Part shown: positions 19,740 through 30,520 of the stretch, one piece after another
Layout: every line of letters begins with the position of its first letter
Numbering within the stretch: position 1 is the first letter of the stretch
IMG/VR virus record: IMGVR_UViG_3300045738_001212
Span: 32,001 to 96,000 of that record
Source of the DNA: a virus
Reading direction: 5' to 3' (one strand)
DNA length: 64,000 bases
The notes under the pieces: generated by a model
What the model saw: the letters and a program-made list of their open reading frames with translations, nothing else
What the model was told of the DNA's origin: nothing
The model's database searches: none
Translations under genes and position numbers: made by a program

Positions 19740-21923
19740 TTACTCATCGCACTCATCCAACTTTTTCATATAGTCGCAGAGCGCATTTAAAGCGTCTTTC
19801 CCTTTGTCTTGACGCGCATTGTAGCTGCTAGTGTCAACATGAATTACCAGAGGATAATCCTTTTCCACTTCGTCTGCAAGCTTTTTTAAGGACGTATCCT
19901 GCTTGCCCTTTGCTTTAGGAATTTCAAATCCCCAATCTCTAGCGTTCATTCTGATCTGCTCCACCTTTGTACGAATCTCTTGAGATTCGCCGTACTGTCG
20001 CTGAACAGAAACGTAAGGATGCTCACTTCCGAGAAGTTTTTCAGCCAAATCTAACTCTTCAATTCTGTGATTCCATTCGTGGAGGAACCAGTCTCTTTTC
20101 CCTTCGCTAGATTGGGATGAAATACGATCCAGTTCGGAAAGATTTTCTTCTTCGACAACCTCCGAAAGGTTATCAGCTACCCACTCATGCAACTCCACCC
20201 AATTAGGATTGTCCTTGAGCTTCTTGGATTCTGCTTTTGTGAAACCGTGCAAGGTGTCGGGCATTTCGATTTTATGCTCTTTCAAATACTTTTCGACTCT
20301 CTCGTAAGGCTCGTCAAATTTAACAGGCTCGTCGTAGGGGTAGTCCTGTTCTGGACGCTGAACCTTGTAGCGGTTAATCACCACGTACACGCCTTCATCC
20401 TCATCCACGTCAACCTCTGCCGCCACCCAACGATCACGCCACTTGCCCCATCTGTATCCAGATTTATCCCAAGTGAATGTCTTGTGAGTAGTCCGACCAT
20501 ACGATACTCCGTTGCCAACCCTCTTCGGAGGTTTCGGTAAACCGTCCAAAGAAATCGTTTCCACGTCGAAACCCATCTCTTTGCAAATTTGCTTTTCGGT
20601 TTTGGGTTTGTCGCCGCCGTTAGTCACGCTGAGTACCTTGTCAAAAGTGACGAGGTAAACTTTACGCCCCTCTTCCTCCTGTTGCAGGGTAACGATCTTA
20701 CCCAACGCAAGACGGAAATGTCCAACGTCATTCTTTACCACTACAACTTTGTCGCGGCATTCTATATTGGTTGTCTCCCTAAAGCGTAAATTACCAGCGC
20801 GAGTTTTCTTTAGACAACGAATGTTTACGTTGTTGTACTTGTAGAAGTTGTACTTACCATCATCAATCTTCTTACCGTTGAACGTGATGTTCTCCCGCGC
20901 CCAAGTTGACAACTCGTAGAGACTGCTACCATAGTCGCAAATCTCACCGAGCAAACTCTTGGCGTCAAACATGGTGTTGCAACCGTTGAATTTTTTCTCG
21001 ACTTCATCCTTCAACTCCTTGCTCACTTTTTTGATTTTAGTGATGAGAGCTTTCTTGGTGATGTCGGTAAGTTCAAGAGCTTCACGACTTGCCGTGATGT
21101 TCAACTCACCAATTTCAAACTCTAGAATAAGATGATCGTTTACGATTGACCTTGCTGGATCATCCCTGTCCAAATCCAAGTCATAAGCATCCCACTCGTA
21201 AGGAATCCCGCCCATGACCGCAACAGGATTGTTACCGCTCTCTTTAAGATACTTCCAATCGCTACCCTCAAACAGCGTCTCAACCTTAAGCCCATCAAGT
21301 TCGTGGTCTTCAAGACCATGAATAACTGGCTTCACCTTGAAATGTTTGAACAGGTTAATCGACTTACTGATAAACTTATCTATGTCTGCCTCTCTGACGG
21401 GAATGATAATCTCCAAACCGTCCTTCTCATCAGTTGGGCTTGCGACGAGCTTGGCAATCTGTCCGATTTTGGTTTCATCAATATAAGCGGTGTAACTATG
21501 CCTCTCACCGTCAATGTAAGAATTGATTACAAAACTGTCACCGTAAGCAAATCCTGACTTGGAACCGAGTCCGAGCATACCAATCTGTGCATTGGAATTG
21601 CGCTTCGTTGACTCCCCATACATCGCGTAAACTTCCGCAATCTCTTCCTCGTTAAGTGCGGGGCCAAAATCACGGACAATAAAAGACGGATCAAAAACGC
21701 TAGGCATGGTGACTTCAATCGGTAAGTCTTCTTTCCCTACTTCCCTGTTAGCGTCGATGGCGTTCGCCGTGTACTCTCTAACTACTGCTAAGATTTTGTC
21801 AGAGTAAAGTTGGTTGCGGAGAACATTTAGAATGTGAGCGAGTCCAGTTTGTTTGATTCCAAAGGAGACGGCCTTGGTTATGCCTTGGCTCTGGATTTCG
21901 ATGGGGTCTTCAAGAATTTTCAT
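19740..21923 (-). CDS. rIIA: rIIA-like protein (GHKL ATPase N-terminus)
   Basis: LYSDKILAVVREYTANAIDA, RDFGP, STKR, IGMLGLGSKS, ITASREAL. Confidence 0.85.
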   Translation of the reverse strand: MKILEDPIEIQSQGITKAVSFGIKQTGLAHILNVLRNQLYSDKILAVVREYTANAIDANREVGKEDLPIEVTMPSVFDPSFIVRDFGPALNEEEIAEVYAMYGESTKRNSNAQIGMLGLGSKSGFAYGDSFVINSYIDGERHSYTAYIDETKIGQIAKLVASPTDEKDGLEIIIPVREADIDKFISKSINLFKHFKVKPVIHGLEDHELDGLKVETLFEGSDWKYLKESGNNPVAVMGGIPYEWDAYDLDLDRDDPARSIVNDHLILEFEIGELNITASREALELTDITKKALITKIKKVSKELKDEVEKKFNGCNTMFDAKSLLGEICDYGSSLYELSTWARENITFNGKKIDDGKYNFYKYNNVNIRCLKKTRAGNLRFRETTNIECRDKVVVVKNDVGHFRLALGKIVTLQQEEEGRKVYLVTFDKVLSVTNGGDKPKTEKQICKEMGFDVETISLDGLPKPPKRVGNGVSYGRTTHKTFTWDKSGYRWGKWRDRWVAAEVDVDEDEGVYVVINRYKVQRPEQDYPYDEPVKFDEPYERVEKYLKEHKIEMPDTLHGFTKAESKKLKDNPNWVELHEWVADNLSEVVEEENLSELDRISSQSSEGKRDWFLHEWNHRIEELDLAEKLLGSEHPYVSVQRQYGESQEIRTKVEQIRMNARDWGFEIPKAKGKQDTSLKKLADEVEKDYPLVIHVDTSSYNARQDKGKDALNALCDYMKKLDECDE

Positions 21924-22053
21924 AGGTTTCAGTTTCTTTTGTTGGTAGGTTAATCTCTAATGCTATTAAGAGTATACTCTCGTTCTCTTTTCGAGTCAAG
22001 AGTTTTTTTTCATTTTAAAGTTTTTATGAGTGTTCATAAGTGTAATTCTTTGT

Positions 22054-22383
22054 ATGCACACCATTGAAGACCTTCATTTGCTACTGCAAAGCCTACGAGA
22101 GGAAGCGATGGAGAACGGGTTTGAGTTGAATGTAGAACATACAGCAGACGATAATCTATTCGTGATTGCTAACCTTAAAACCGAAAAGGTTGCTTGCCTT
22201 GCCCTCACTGAAATTAGTGGTACGGATGTAATAGTATCTTATATGATTTCCCTGCGTAAATGGAAATGGTATGATGATGAAGGCTTTAGTAGGGAACAAG
22301 TAGTCGATAAAAGGGACATCAGAGAAGACATCTTTAATTTCATCCCCGCTGATAAAATTATAAAACACCTAAAAGAAAAATGA
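22054..22383 (+). CDS. hypothetical protein
   Basis: ORF; start chosen 8 nt after GTGTAA motif. Confidence 0.55.
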   Translation: MHTIEDLHLLLQSLREEAMENGFELNVEHTADDNLFVIANLKTEKVACLALTEISGTDVIVSYMISLRKWKWYDDEGFSREQVVDKRDIREDIFNFIPADKIIKHLKEK

Positions 22384-22889
22384 TCGAGGCGAAAAATATC
22401 AAAACCAGAACCAACCTAGCTCAATTTGTAGGGAAAATAGGTGCTGAACTGGGAGTCCAAACAGGCAACTTTTCCCGACACCTCATTCGACACTCAAGCT
22501 GCGATAAGTTTTACTCGATAGATAAATGGAGCGGAGACAGAGGTCATGACGGAACAGAGTACGCAGCGACAGTAAGTAACCTCAAAAAGTTCGGAGGGAG
22601 AAGCAAAATTATAAGATCATCTTTTTCTGACGCTCTCCCCATGTTTAAAAACGAATACTTCGATTTTGTCTACATAGATGGATATGCTCACACAGGGCAA
22701 GAGGGAGGAGAAACAATAAACTCATGGTGGAGGAAGGTGAAGTCAGGAGGTTGCTTCGCGGGGCATGACTACCACCCTCAATTTCCATTAACCTGCAAGC
22801 ACGTTGATGAATTTGTAAAAAATCATTCTCTTGAACTTCACCTTACTAAAGAAAAATACTATCCTTCTTGGTTCGTCTTCAAGCCCTGA
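22380..22889 (+). CDS. class I SAM-dependent methyltransferase (Methyltransf_24-like)
   Basis: GAELGVQTG, FDFVYIDGYAH, KSGGCFAGHDY. Confidence 0.8.
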   Translation: MIEAKNIKTRTNLAQFVGKIGAELGVQTGNFSRHLIRHSSCDKFYSIDKWSGDRGHDGTEYAATVSNLKKFGGRSKIIRSSFSDALPMFKNEYFDFVYIDGYAHTGQEGGETINSWWRKVKSGGCFAGHDYHPQFPLTCKHVDEFVKNHSLELHLTKEKYYPSWFVFKP

Positions 22890-23005
22890 GCCAAATTTTT
22901 TAAAATTTTTATAAGACTGAAAAGGCTAAAGAAGCTAAAGTCTAAGACTTATTCATTGATGCCGCCGCGCACCCACCCGTAATTAAAGTTCGCGTGTACG
23001 CTATA

Positions 23006-23178
23006 TTTATTTGGCGATTTTGAAATTTGCGTGGACTTTTCGAGTTCGCTCTCGCGTGATATACGTTTATTTGGCGATTTTGAAATTTGCGTGGACTTTT
23101 CGAGTTCACTCTCGCGTGATATACGTTTATTTGGCGATTTTGAAATTTGCGTAGACTTCTTACGTATACGTTTATTTG
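23006..23178. repeat. 60-bp tandem repeat, ~2.9 copies
   Basis: unit TTATTTGGCGATTTTGAAATTTGCGTGGACTTTTCGAGTTCRCTCTCGCGTGATATACGT. Confidence 0.9.
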
Positions 23179-23199
23179 GATTTTTTATTATTTGCGGGG

Positions 23200-23571
23200 T
23201 CATTTATAGACCTTCTTTGTCCTCTTGGGCATGGGAACACCGTTCTTGGTCTTCTCCTTTTTGCTCCATTTTATTTTCTTGTAATTTGCACTAAACTTTG
23301 CGCCGACACTTCTCGGCCAATCACCTTTCCCTGCGTCTCTGTATTGTCCTCTTCTCACTCTTTGAACTTCCTTATAATCGTAACCACACGCTGGCCCTTC
23401 GAGTTCGTAATGATTTTTTACGTAATGTCCACCGGAGGTTACGTCTTCGCACATTCTTGAGGTCTTCACGACCCCTTTGCCTTTGGTTTTATCTATCGTC
23501 TTCTTTTCCTGCAAGACCTTGTACTTGCCCTCTAGAAGCTTAGTCTTATTTTTTTTCCTTTTTCTTGCCAT
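23200..23571 (-). CDS. basic hypothetical protein
   Basis: Lys-rich, AGKGDWPR motif. Confidence 0.55.
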   Translation of the reverse strand: MARKRKKNKTKLLEGKYKVLQEKKTIDKTKGKGVVKTSRMCEDVTSGGHYVKNHYELEGPACGYDYKEVQRVRRGQYRDAGKGDWPRSVGAKFSANYKKIKWSKKEKTKNGVPMPKRTKKVYK

Positions 23572-24297
23572 GCTTATTATAAATAAATCACAGGAAAAAT
23601 TCCAGAATTTGATCGTCTTTTACTTTAAAGCTAAAAAATTTGATTATCTCTGATGTTGAGGGCACTGATCCGTCTTGAATTTCCCCTACAGCCATCATTT
23701 CCCCATATTTTGCCTCAAACTCTGTTTCTCCTTTGCTTATGTACAGGGTACATTTTTCATATATTATTAATAATATGTGGTTTTTGGAGTGGCATTCCCA
23801 TCTAGCTTTCCCCTCGGGAGAGAAAGAGCCCGTTATACACTCAATCTTCCGGTTACCGTATTCCCAAAGGTCTATCTTGGGAACTGTACGTTGAAGACTA
23901 ATTGCTTCACTAAGGTCCATCTTTCTCTTGGTATTTTTCCGCCCAAAGAAACAGCTTATAGCCAGCTAGGGTGGCTTCTTTATTGTCTGGCGAATCAACA
24001 TGTTGCAGAAACAGCAAAATGTTATCCGACAACTCCCTTTCGTCCATTTGGGCTACGACCTGTTTGACCCAGAGTTTTTCGTGAGGTTCCACCACATCTA
24101 ATCTTTCCAAAAATAACTTGAGCCGAGTATAAGCTCAAACTCTTCAATAAGCGTGTCCTCTTCCATGTTTTTATATCCGTCACTTCCCGCATATAGAAGC
24201 TCACACAACTGTGCGCCAGCTAAATTTTCAGCCCAATGCTCCGCTAACGCAGTACGCATCTGTTCTATTTGGTCACTCGCGTAGGCGGTTTTCATGC

Positions 24298-24639
24298 TTA
24301 GTAAGCTCTCGCGATGTCTAGCCTTGCCGCTTCATCTTGAGCGTGTTTCATGGTTGCCCACACGTCATGATAGGCGACCAACCTGCTCGTGTCCTTAACT
24401 GAATTTTTATAATTGCTATAGTTTAATTCAGACTCAAGATATTTTTGGAGCCGCACGGCTACCACTTCTTTTGGAAGATATGTTCGATACTTGTAATCAG
24501 TACCCGCGTCCACCTCTATGTCCGCATCGGGAAAATGGGCTTCTATATCGCCTTTATATCGCCCACGGACAAGAAACTCACTCTTTTCGTGAAAATTCTC
24601 CACTACGCTAAGAAAACCCTTGTTTGTGTATAACCACAT
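24298..24639 (-). CDS. conserved phage hypothetical protein
   Basis: MWLYTNKGFLSVV...LVRGR...DYKYR...YSNYK. Confidence 0.65.
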   Translation of the reverse strand: MWLYTNKGFLSVVENFHEKSEFLVRGRYKGDIEAHFPDADIEVDAGTDYKYRTYLPKEVVAVRLQKYLESELNYSNYKNSVKDTSRLVAYHDVWATMKHAQDEAARLDIARAY

Positions 24640-25003
24640 GTTGTTACCCTTTCTTTTTTTTTGGTTTAGTTGGTTTAGTTGGTTTAGTTGATTCACCGAG
24701 AATCTTTTTTTCTTCTCGACGTTGTTTGTCTTGCTTGGTCTTTTTATTTGGCCAAAAGTTCTTTGCTCCGTGAGCTTTGCATAGGTCATCCCACCAATCT
24801 TTATCCGATTTCACTTCTGGATTATCTATGGCTACGGGTGTTCTATGTACGATTTTTCCTGTGCTGTGTGTAGAATTCATAACTTTACTAAAAAAAGTTT
24901 AACATACTCCTGCTTTAAGGTCAAGAAGAAAAGCCTTTATTTTTTAAAAAAAATTAAAAAAAACTCAATTAGGATTTTCCCCTTTATAAGTGTAATTACT
25001 AAC

Positions 25004-25438
25004 GTGCCTATCGAACTAATAACAATGATCGGCGGCGGCGTTACGGGCTTCATCTTTCGCTATATGGCTGAAAGGGCAAAGGAAAGATCAAGGCTCTGGG
25101 AAATGGCTCTCGGCAATAAGGAAGCTGAAGATACTAGCGCAGACAAAGCCGCCAAGAGAGTACCCGTAGACGTTGGGAAATGGGTCAGAAGACTGATCGT
25201 TGTTTGTGTTTTATTTGGCGTGATACTCGCTCCGTTTATTCTAACCCTCTTAGGATACTCTACAATCGTAGAAATAGAAGAGACTGACCCTACTTGGTTT
25301 TTTGGGCTGTTCGGTGGTGGAACTGAAATCTCGTTCATCGAGCTTCCCGCCTATTTAATGGTGAATGAAGTAAGACAAACGCTAACCGCAATCATAGGTT
25401 TCTATTTTGGAAACGCAACAGCAGCATGTAAAACATAA
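25004..25438 (+). CDS. holin-like membrane protein
   Basis: 2-3 hydrophobic segments, C-terminal IIGFYFG; GTG start 8 nt after GTGTAA. Confidence 0.5.
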   Translation: MPIELITMIGGGVTGFIFRYMAERAKERSRLWEMALGNKEAEDTSADKAAKRVPVDVGKWVRRLIVVCVLFGVILAPFILTLLGYSTIVEIEETDPTWFFGLFGGGTEISFIELPAYLMVNEVRQTLTAIIGFYFGNATAACKT

Positions 25439-25763
25439 TGGCAGTAAGAAAAAAAGCGTTCACATACGAACATAAAAAAGTTAAGAAGAAAACTCGTCAA
25501 GGCTGTGGCCAATACAGCAAGGGTATGAAAAAATACAGAGGCCAAGGTGGGCCACGTAAAAGATGTAAACTACAAAAGAAATGAGCTCGTGGTACTTAAC
25601 GTTATTGTGGCTGCCGTTTTTTTGCTTAATGCTTTGGCTATTGCACATAACTAAAAAGAAAAAGTGAAAGACTCTTACCCCAGATTAATTCCCATGTGGG
25701 CTTTGCCCATACCTATACTGATAGCCCTTTGGGCGTCTACATGTCAGTAACCAAGGATAAAAA

Positions 25764-26540
25764 ATGAAATTTAAACAGAAATCTAAATGCTCTAGCAACA
25801 AGGTTAATAAAACCCTACTTCTTCAACTCTTTGTTGTTATTGGCGTGGGTATGCTCATTACCTGCGCTTCTGGATGTAAAACAGGAGGGAAACGGTTGAA
25901 CCCAAATTCTGCCGGAACGATTATTCGGACAAGTGATCCTCGCTCCAACTTTCAACCTCTACCACCAATACCCATTACTCCGCCAAAATCAACACCAGCA
26001 ACGACAAGTGACGCCGTAAGGTCTAGACCCGTCTTACCAGAGCCCAAGTCTGCCGAAGCTAATCCCGTCGTAATTACCCCAGAACCAGCGGGAGAAACAG
26101 AACCATTTACGCCAACGATTAGCACTCCACCAGTAAAACTTCCGCCAGTAAAACTTCCGCCAGTAAAACTTCCGCCAGTAAAACTTCCGCCAATAAAAGC
26201 AGAAGTTAAGTTGCCCGCAAAGCTAATCAAAGGCGACAGTGGGAGCGTTGTTATCACCGATGACGATGGAGCAGCGGGTAAAGACCCACAAATCGCTGGC
26301 TCACATGAGGCTGCTCCAGTAAAAGAATCAACGAATAACTGGCTAGGATTATTTAGTTTTTATATAATTTGCCTTCTTGGCTTAATCATTCTCTGGGTTG
26401 TGTATGACATCATTAAGGATGCCATCCAAATGAAAAAACAAGGCTCCCCAATCAATGACCACCTAGAGAATCTAAAAAAGCCAGCTAAAGGCACAAGAAA
26501 AAGTAGAAAAAAAGCAATCACAAGGAAAAATAAAAAATGA
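25764..26540 (+). CDS. proline-rich membrane protein/lipoprotein
   Basis: N-terminal hydrophobic helix plus SGC, PVKLP x4 (15-bp repeats ~26129-26190), C-terminal TM helix. Confidence 0.6.
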   Translation: MKFKQKSKCSSNKVNKTLLLQLFVVIGVGMLITCASGCKTGGKRLNPNSAGTIIRTSDPRSNFQPLPPIPITPPKSTPATTSDAVRSRPVLPEPKSAEANPVVITPEPAGETEPFTPTISTPPVKLPPVKLPPVKLPPVKLPPIKAEVKLPAKLIKGDSGSVVITDDDGAAGKDPQIAGSHEAAPVKESTNNWLGLFSFYIICLLGLIILWVVYDIIKDAIQMKKQGSPINDHLENLKKPAKGTRKSRKKAITRKNKK

Positions 26541-26810
26541 AAAAAAGACTCAAGAAAATCTGGAACAAATTCGTACACTGGTGTTGTAAAGTGGGTCTAT
26601 GTAACTTAGACAAGTGCGCTTGCGACTGTCACGGACACCCCAAGGGGCGTAGCAAGGCTTTCTATCCCACCACTCTAAAAGAAGCGAAAGTCACAGTGAA
26701 AGCTGATACGACTGAACTCAAAAAGGTAGTCGAAAAACATAACGCACCCAGCATTGAAAAAGAAAAAACAACATCAAGAGGCAACATGTCCTTTGGCGAT
26801 TAAGCCCCAG

Positions 26811-27485
26811 TCACGGGCGATAACTGTTTTTATTACAGTGAGGAAACTTTGACGAAGGGGAAGGTACATTTAAGAACGGGCATAGCTTTTCGTATCCATC
26901 ACCCTTGGTGATGTCCATTTCAAGAATATTTTCAAGTGGATTATCAAACTTATAGTTTTCGACTCTCTCGTAAAAATTTAAATAAATTTTTATAAAAGCC
27001 TCTCTCTCAAAAAAAAGTCGCCCGAATCTATATTTTCTATTCACAACCATTCGGTCCGATAAATTTCTTCTTCCACCTTTCGGGCCAAACTCTCCGAACT
27101 GTCTCGCGCATGACATTAGCCACGGCTCTAAGTCTCTTTTAGTCCAGACCAGCCTAGCGTTAGGATACTGTTCTTTTATTTTTTCAAAATCAATCAACCC
27201 ATAAATCTCGGCAATGGAATCCTTTCTTTCCAGAACCTTGTACCAATAGTCTTCATCAAACCAGTCGCAAGGGAAGCTGAAAGTGGAGGCACCTTCTCGG
27301 CATTGCCGGACGAGCAGTTCCCGAAATAATTCGTCTTTCTTTCTAGAGCTTGCCAGTAGTCTCCGATGACGTTGCTCTTTGACCACTAAAGAGTGGCGAG
27401 CAGAGAAACCTAATTTTCTAAGAGCTTTGCAAAAGCTTACCGTACCAGTTTTTGGTAAACCTATGCATATGATCTTTTGTTTCAC
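26811..27485 (-). CDS. sulfotransferase-family protein
   Basis: IGLPKTGTVS 5'-PSB loop; DGYEKLCPFL...FPHCN. Confidence 0.8.
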   Translation of the reverse strand: MKQKIICIGLPKTGTVSFCKALRKLGFSARHSLVVKEQRHRRLLASSRKKDELFRELLVRQCREGASTFSFPCDWFDEDYWYKVLERKDSIAEIYGLIDFEKIKEQYPNARLVWTKRDLEPWLMSCARQFGEFGPKGGRRNLSDRMVVNRKYRFGRLFFEREAFIKIYLNFYERVENYKFDNPLENILEMDITKGDGYEKLCPFLNVPSPSSKFPHCNKNSYRP

Positions 27486-28609
27486 TAAGCCTCGATCCCA
27501 AGCCGACTCAATCTCTTACCGAACTTGCCGTAAGGGACATGATTGTAAGACAAGTTTCTAGGGAAAGGCTCCCAATAGCCTCTGCGCTGCGCCATGTCCT
27601 TGTCAAAAAACCCTTCCGCCATCAAACTCGCCACACTTGCGGCGGGAAACGCGGTAGCTTTTTGCATTGCTGAAAACTCACTTAAGCCGCCAAAGACTGC
27701 CAATTCCTTTTTCCATTCAACGTCACCTCCATCCACAAATACCTTCATCAAGACGACATCTCCTACTCCCCCCTCGTCCCTGCACCCCCTCTCAAAAGCT
27801 TCTCTCACGCAATCTTCACTCTGATATTCCATTAAGAAGCGAACTACGTCTCGGTGTCCTTTATATCTAAGAGTTTTATAAACGCAGTTTTTAACGCCTT
27901 TTTCTTTCATAGAATGCACCGTATGAGACGCTCCCCCGCTTGTATAAAACGCCTCTAGGTTGCCTAATATCCCACAATCTACGCTCTCCAAACCGTCCAT
28001 CCCCTTCACTAACTTTATTTTGCCATCTTGCAGTATTTCGCAATTATCTTTATACTCGTTTATAAGCCCATCTATAGACCACGTAACGATATAATCTAGG
28101 GGGTGATTTACTTTTACTGTCGGTAAACCACCAACCAGCATCTTAACGGAGTCCACCTGCGTATGAATTTGTTTACACCCATGCTCCGCTAGAATATTCA
28201 CCCATCCCGGAGCTAAACCAAGGTCAGTAAACACTGGCTTGGACGCTTTCTCTTTGGCGTATTCATTAATCCTATGTGATACATCAATTCTGCCCCCCAA
28301 ATCACAGTAACGAAATCCTTTATCAATACACCACGACGCAAGCTTTTCGGTTTGGTGATACGGCAAACTGCTGATTACAACATCAGGTTTTTCAAAAGAC
28401 AGAGCCCTGTCCCAACCTTTCTTTTCATCCGTAAGGTAAAACACCCCGCCAATTCCATCTACGTATTTCCTAAAAGGCTCTACCGCGTCCTTGTTGGAGT
28501 CTACACCAATCACATAGAAACCAAGCTTATTCATGGCGTAACATATTGCTTGGCCCATTCTTCCTACGCCAAGAACTGCTGCTTTTTTACCATCAATGAG
28601 GGCTTTCAT
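27485..28609 (-). CDS. saccharopine dehydrogenase-family oxidoreductase (lysine 6-dehydrogenase-like)
   Basis: GVGRMG Rossmann, YCDLGG, GLAPG, TWSIDGLINEY, YKTLRYKGH, AMQKATAFP. Confidence 0.85.
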   Translation of the reverse strand: MKALIDGKKAAVLGVGRMGQAICYAMNKLGFYVIGVDSNKDAVEPFRKYVDGIGGVFYLTDEKKGWDRALSFEKPDVVISSLPYHQTEKLASWCIDKGFRYCDLGGRIDVSHRINEYAKEKASKPVFTDLGLAPGWVNILAEHGCKQIHTQVDSVKMLVGGLPTVKVNHPLDYIVTWSIDGLINEYKDNCEILQDGKIKLVKGMDGLESVDCGILGNLEAFYTSGGASHTVHSMKEKGVKNCVYKTLRYKGHRDVVRFLMEYQSEDCVREAFERGCRDEGGVGDVVLMKVFVDGGDVEWKKELAVFGGLSEFSAMQKATAFPAASVASLMAEGFFDKDMAQRRGYWEPFPRNLSYNHVPYGKFGKRLSRLGIEA

Positions 28610-28963
28610 CTACTCTCTCCAAGATAACTTTATCAAATTGTCGCCTAAGAACTCTTGCGTGTACCTAACTGCATCCATAGGATCAAAAGCCTTACAGGTA
28701 TAAATATCGACAGAAAAGAACTTAGGAATCCTGTCGTCCCAAGTATAAATGTGCATCCCGCTTTCTTTCCAATGGACAAAGGCGCACCATCCATATTTGG
28801 GTTCATGATTCAAAACGGGAGAAGTAATTGGCTCCATGTCTAATACCGCACTGATTTCCTTGGCGTATTGAGTCATAGCCTCGGGCAAGAAGAGATTATG
28901 CAGCGTCCCTTCTATAATCAAACGCTGCCTACAGATATCAGGAGCTAAGTCTTCCCAAGGCAT
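28610..28963 (-). CDS. speD: S-adenosylmethionine decarboxylase-like proenzyme
   Basis: WKES (pyruvoyl cleavage E-S), HIYTW, SVDIYTCK. Confidence 0.7.
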   Translation of the reverse strand: MPWEDLAPDICRQRLIIEGTLHNLFLPEAMTQYAKEISAVLDMEPITSPVLNHEPKYGWCAFVHWKESGMHIYTWDDRIPKFFSVDIYTCKAFDPMDAVRYTQEFLGDNLIKLSWRE

Positions 28964-28987
28964 TACGTTTATTATATGGCCTTATGC

Positions 28988-29356
28988 TCATTTCTTCCAC
29001 CCTTCCTCGGGCTGGCCAACTTCTTTGTGTTTTCTATAGTCCACCAGTAGTTCTTCGCCCCTCTTTATGTCCTTAGATGAATATAAATAATTAAAATTAT
29101 CAACATAGACGATCTTACAGTTGGGAGATTCTGAATGGTTGAATAAGTGATTCGGCTTTATGTTGACCCACCCGTGGTCGGGATGTAATACGTGAATCTG
29201 CTGGAGGTCAAAGTCCTCCTCAATGTCGTATTTGGCAAATAAACCTTTGCCATGTATCTCACTGGGTTTAAGCTCAATCATGTCCCCCAGACAACCATCC
29301 ACCGATTTGGTAAGCACAATGGGAATCTCTTTGTCTAGTTTCATATCTTCGTCCAT
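28988..29356 (-). CDS. SET-domain lysine methyltransferase
   Basis: SEIHGKGLFA, NHSESPNC, GEELLVDY. Confidence 0.85.
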   Translation of the reverse strand: MDEDMKLDKEIPIVLTKSVDGCLGDMIELKPSEIHGKGLFAKYDIEEDFDLQQIHVLHPDHGWVNIKPNHLFNHSESPNCKIVYVDNFNYLYSSKDIKRGEELLVDYRKHKEVGQPEEGWKK

Positions 29357-29496
29357 CCTTCAACTGAGTAACCACCATAAGGTCATTACTCCTATAAAAA
29401 TGCCTATTTCAATTGTGTACATGGCGTTAAACCACAAGCACATAGACGCCACAATCATAGATATCCCTATCAACAAATCTCTCCAACTCCTCTGAT

Positions 29497-30075
29497 TCAT
29501 CTCTCTGGTTTCCTGTGTATTTCTGAGGGAAGCAGTTCGTGAAAGTGCCATTCTTGATTTTGGGATTCGCTTCCGTCGCCCTTACCTGACGACTTTCCTA
29601 CGCTAAAGCCAAGCCTTGGTAGACCCTTGCCTTTAGCCAACCTTCCAACCACTGGCTGCCCACTCTTGAGCCTTGGCATGATTCCTTTTTGCAATTGCTC
29701 ATGAAGCCCCCTACTGTATTCTAACCCATATAGGCGTGGCTCAATCTTTTCTTTCCTGTAACCAAAAAACCTCGCAAAGAGATTAGACTCAGGTTCGCCT
29801 ACTGATTCCAATAAGACATAGATTCTGCCCTTGGATTTTGTAAATTTATTTGGCTCCTTAATAATGACCCAATGAATTAACACTTTTTCAGGCACATCAT
29901 CTTCTAGTGCTGGCCACCCCAAGAATGAGCTAATAGACGACCAAAAAATGATAGTAAAGACGCAAAACGCAGAAATACAAGCAGTTTTAAAATACCACCT
30001 CAACTTCGACTCTGTTAGCACCCAAAAAGTTAAGCCTCCGAATACTAGCAATAAAATTGGTAACGCTACATTCAT
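29497..30075 (-). CDS. membrane protein
   Basis: two N-terminal TM helices, LGWP, EPRLY motifs. Confidence 0.6.
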   Translation of the reverse strand: MNVALPILLLVFGGLTFWVLTESKLRWYFKTACISAFCVFTIIFWSSISSFLGWPALEDDVPEKVLIHWVIIKEPNKFTKSKGRIYVLLESVGEPESNLFARFFGYRKEKIEPRLYGLEYSRGLHEQLQKGIMPRLKSGQPVVGRLAKGKGLPRLGFSVGKSSGKGDGSESQNQEWHFHELLPSEIHRKPER

Positions 30076-30520
30076 GGTATCAAGTCATCTTTCAGGTACA
30101 TTTCATAAAATTTTTCCAACTCATTTTCTATATCAAAGTCCAGTTCCCTGTCCATGCCCGTCTCGGCAAAATAAATATTACACTCGTCTTCGTTCAGATC
30201 AAGCCACTCTTCAAAAGTCATTTTTGTTTTTTGCTCAATTTGCTTTTTGGAGGGCATTTTAATAATATTTTTCATTACACGTTTATCTCATCGACATATT
30301 ACTTGGACATGTCCTTTAAGGCTTTAAAAAGGTACTTGTCTTATCCATTTTGCATCCTTCCATTATCTTTTCGATAAGCCATTTTTCCATGCCCCTTTTT
30401 GTGGCCCTCTTTTTGCCCGTCGCCTTCTTGTAGGCTTGCTTCCACTCTTCATCGAACTCACATTCAAGGAGTAAGCTCCCATCTTTTTGCGGTTTTTCTG
30501 ATAATATTTTGAACATCATA

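Noticed and set aside
24659-24690. 9-bp repeat TTGGTTTAG x3 (and 15-bp repeats at 26129, 12-bp repeats at ~63125)
   Set aside because: In-frame low-complexity coding repeats, no spacers
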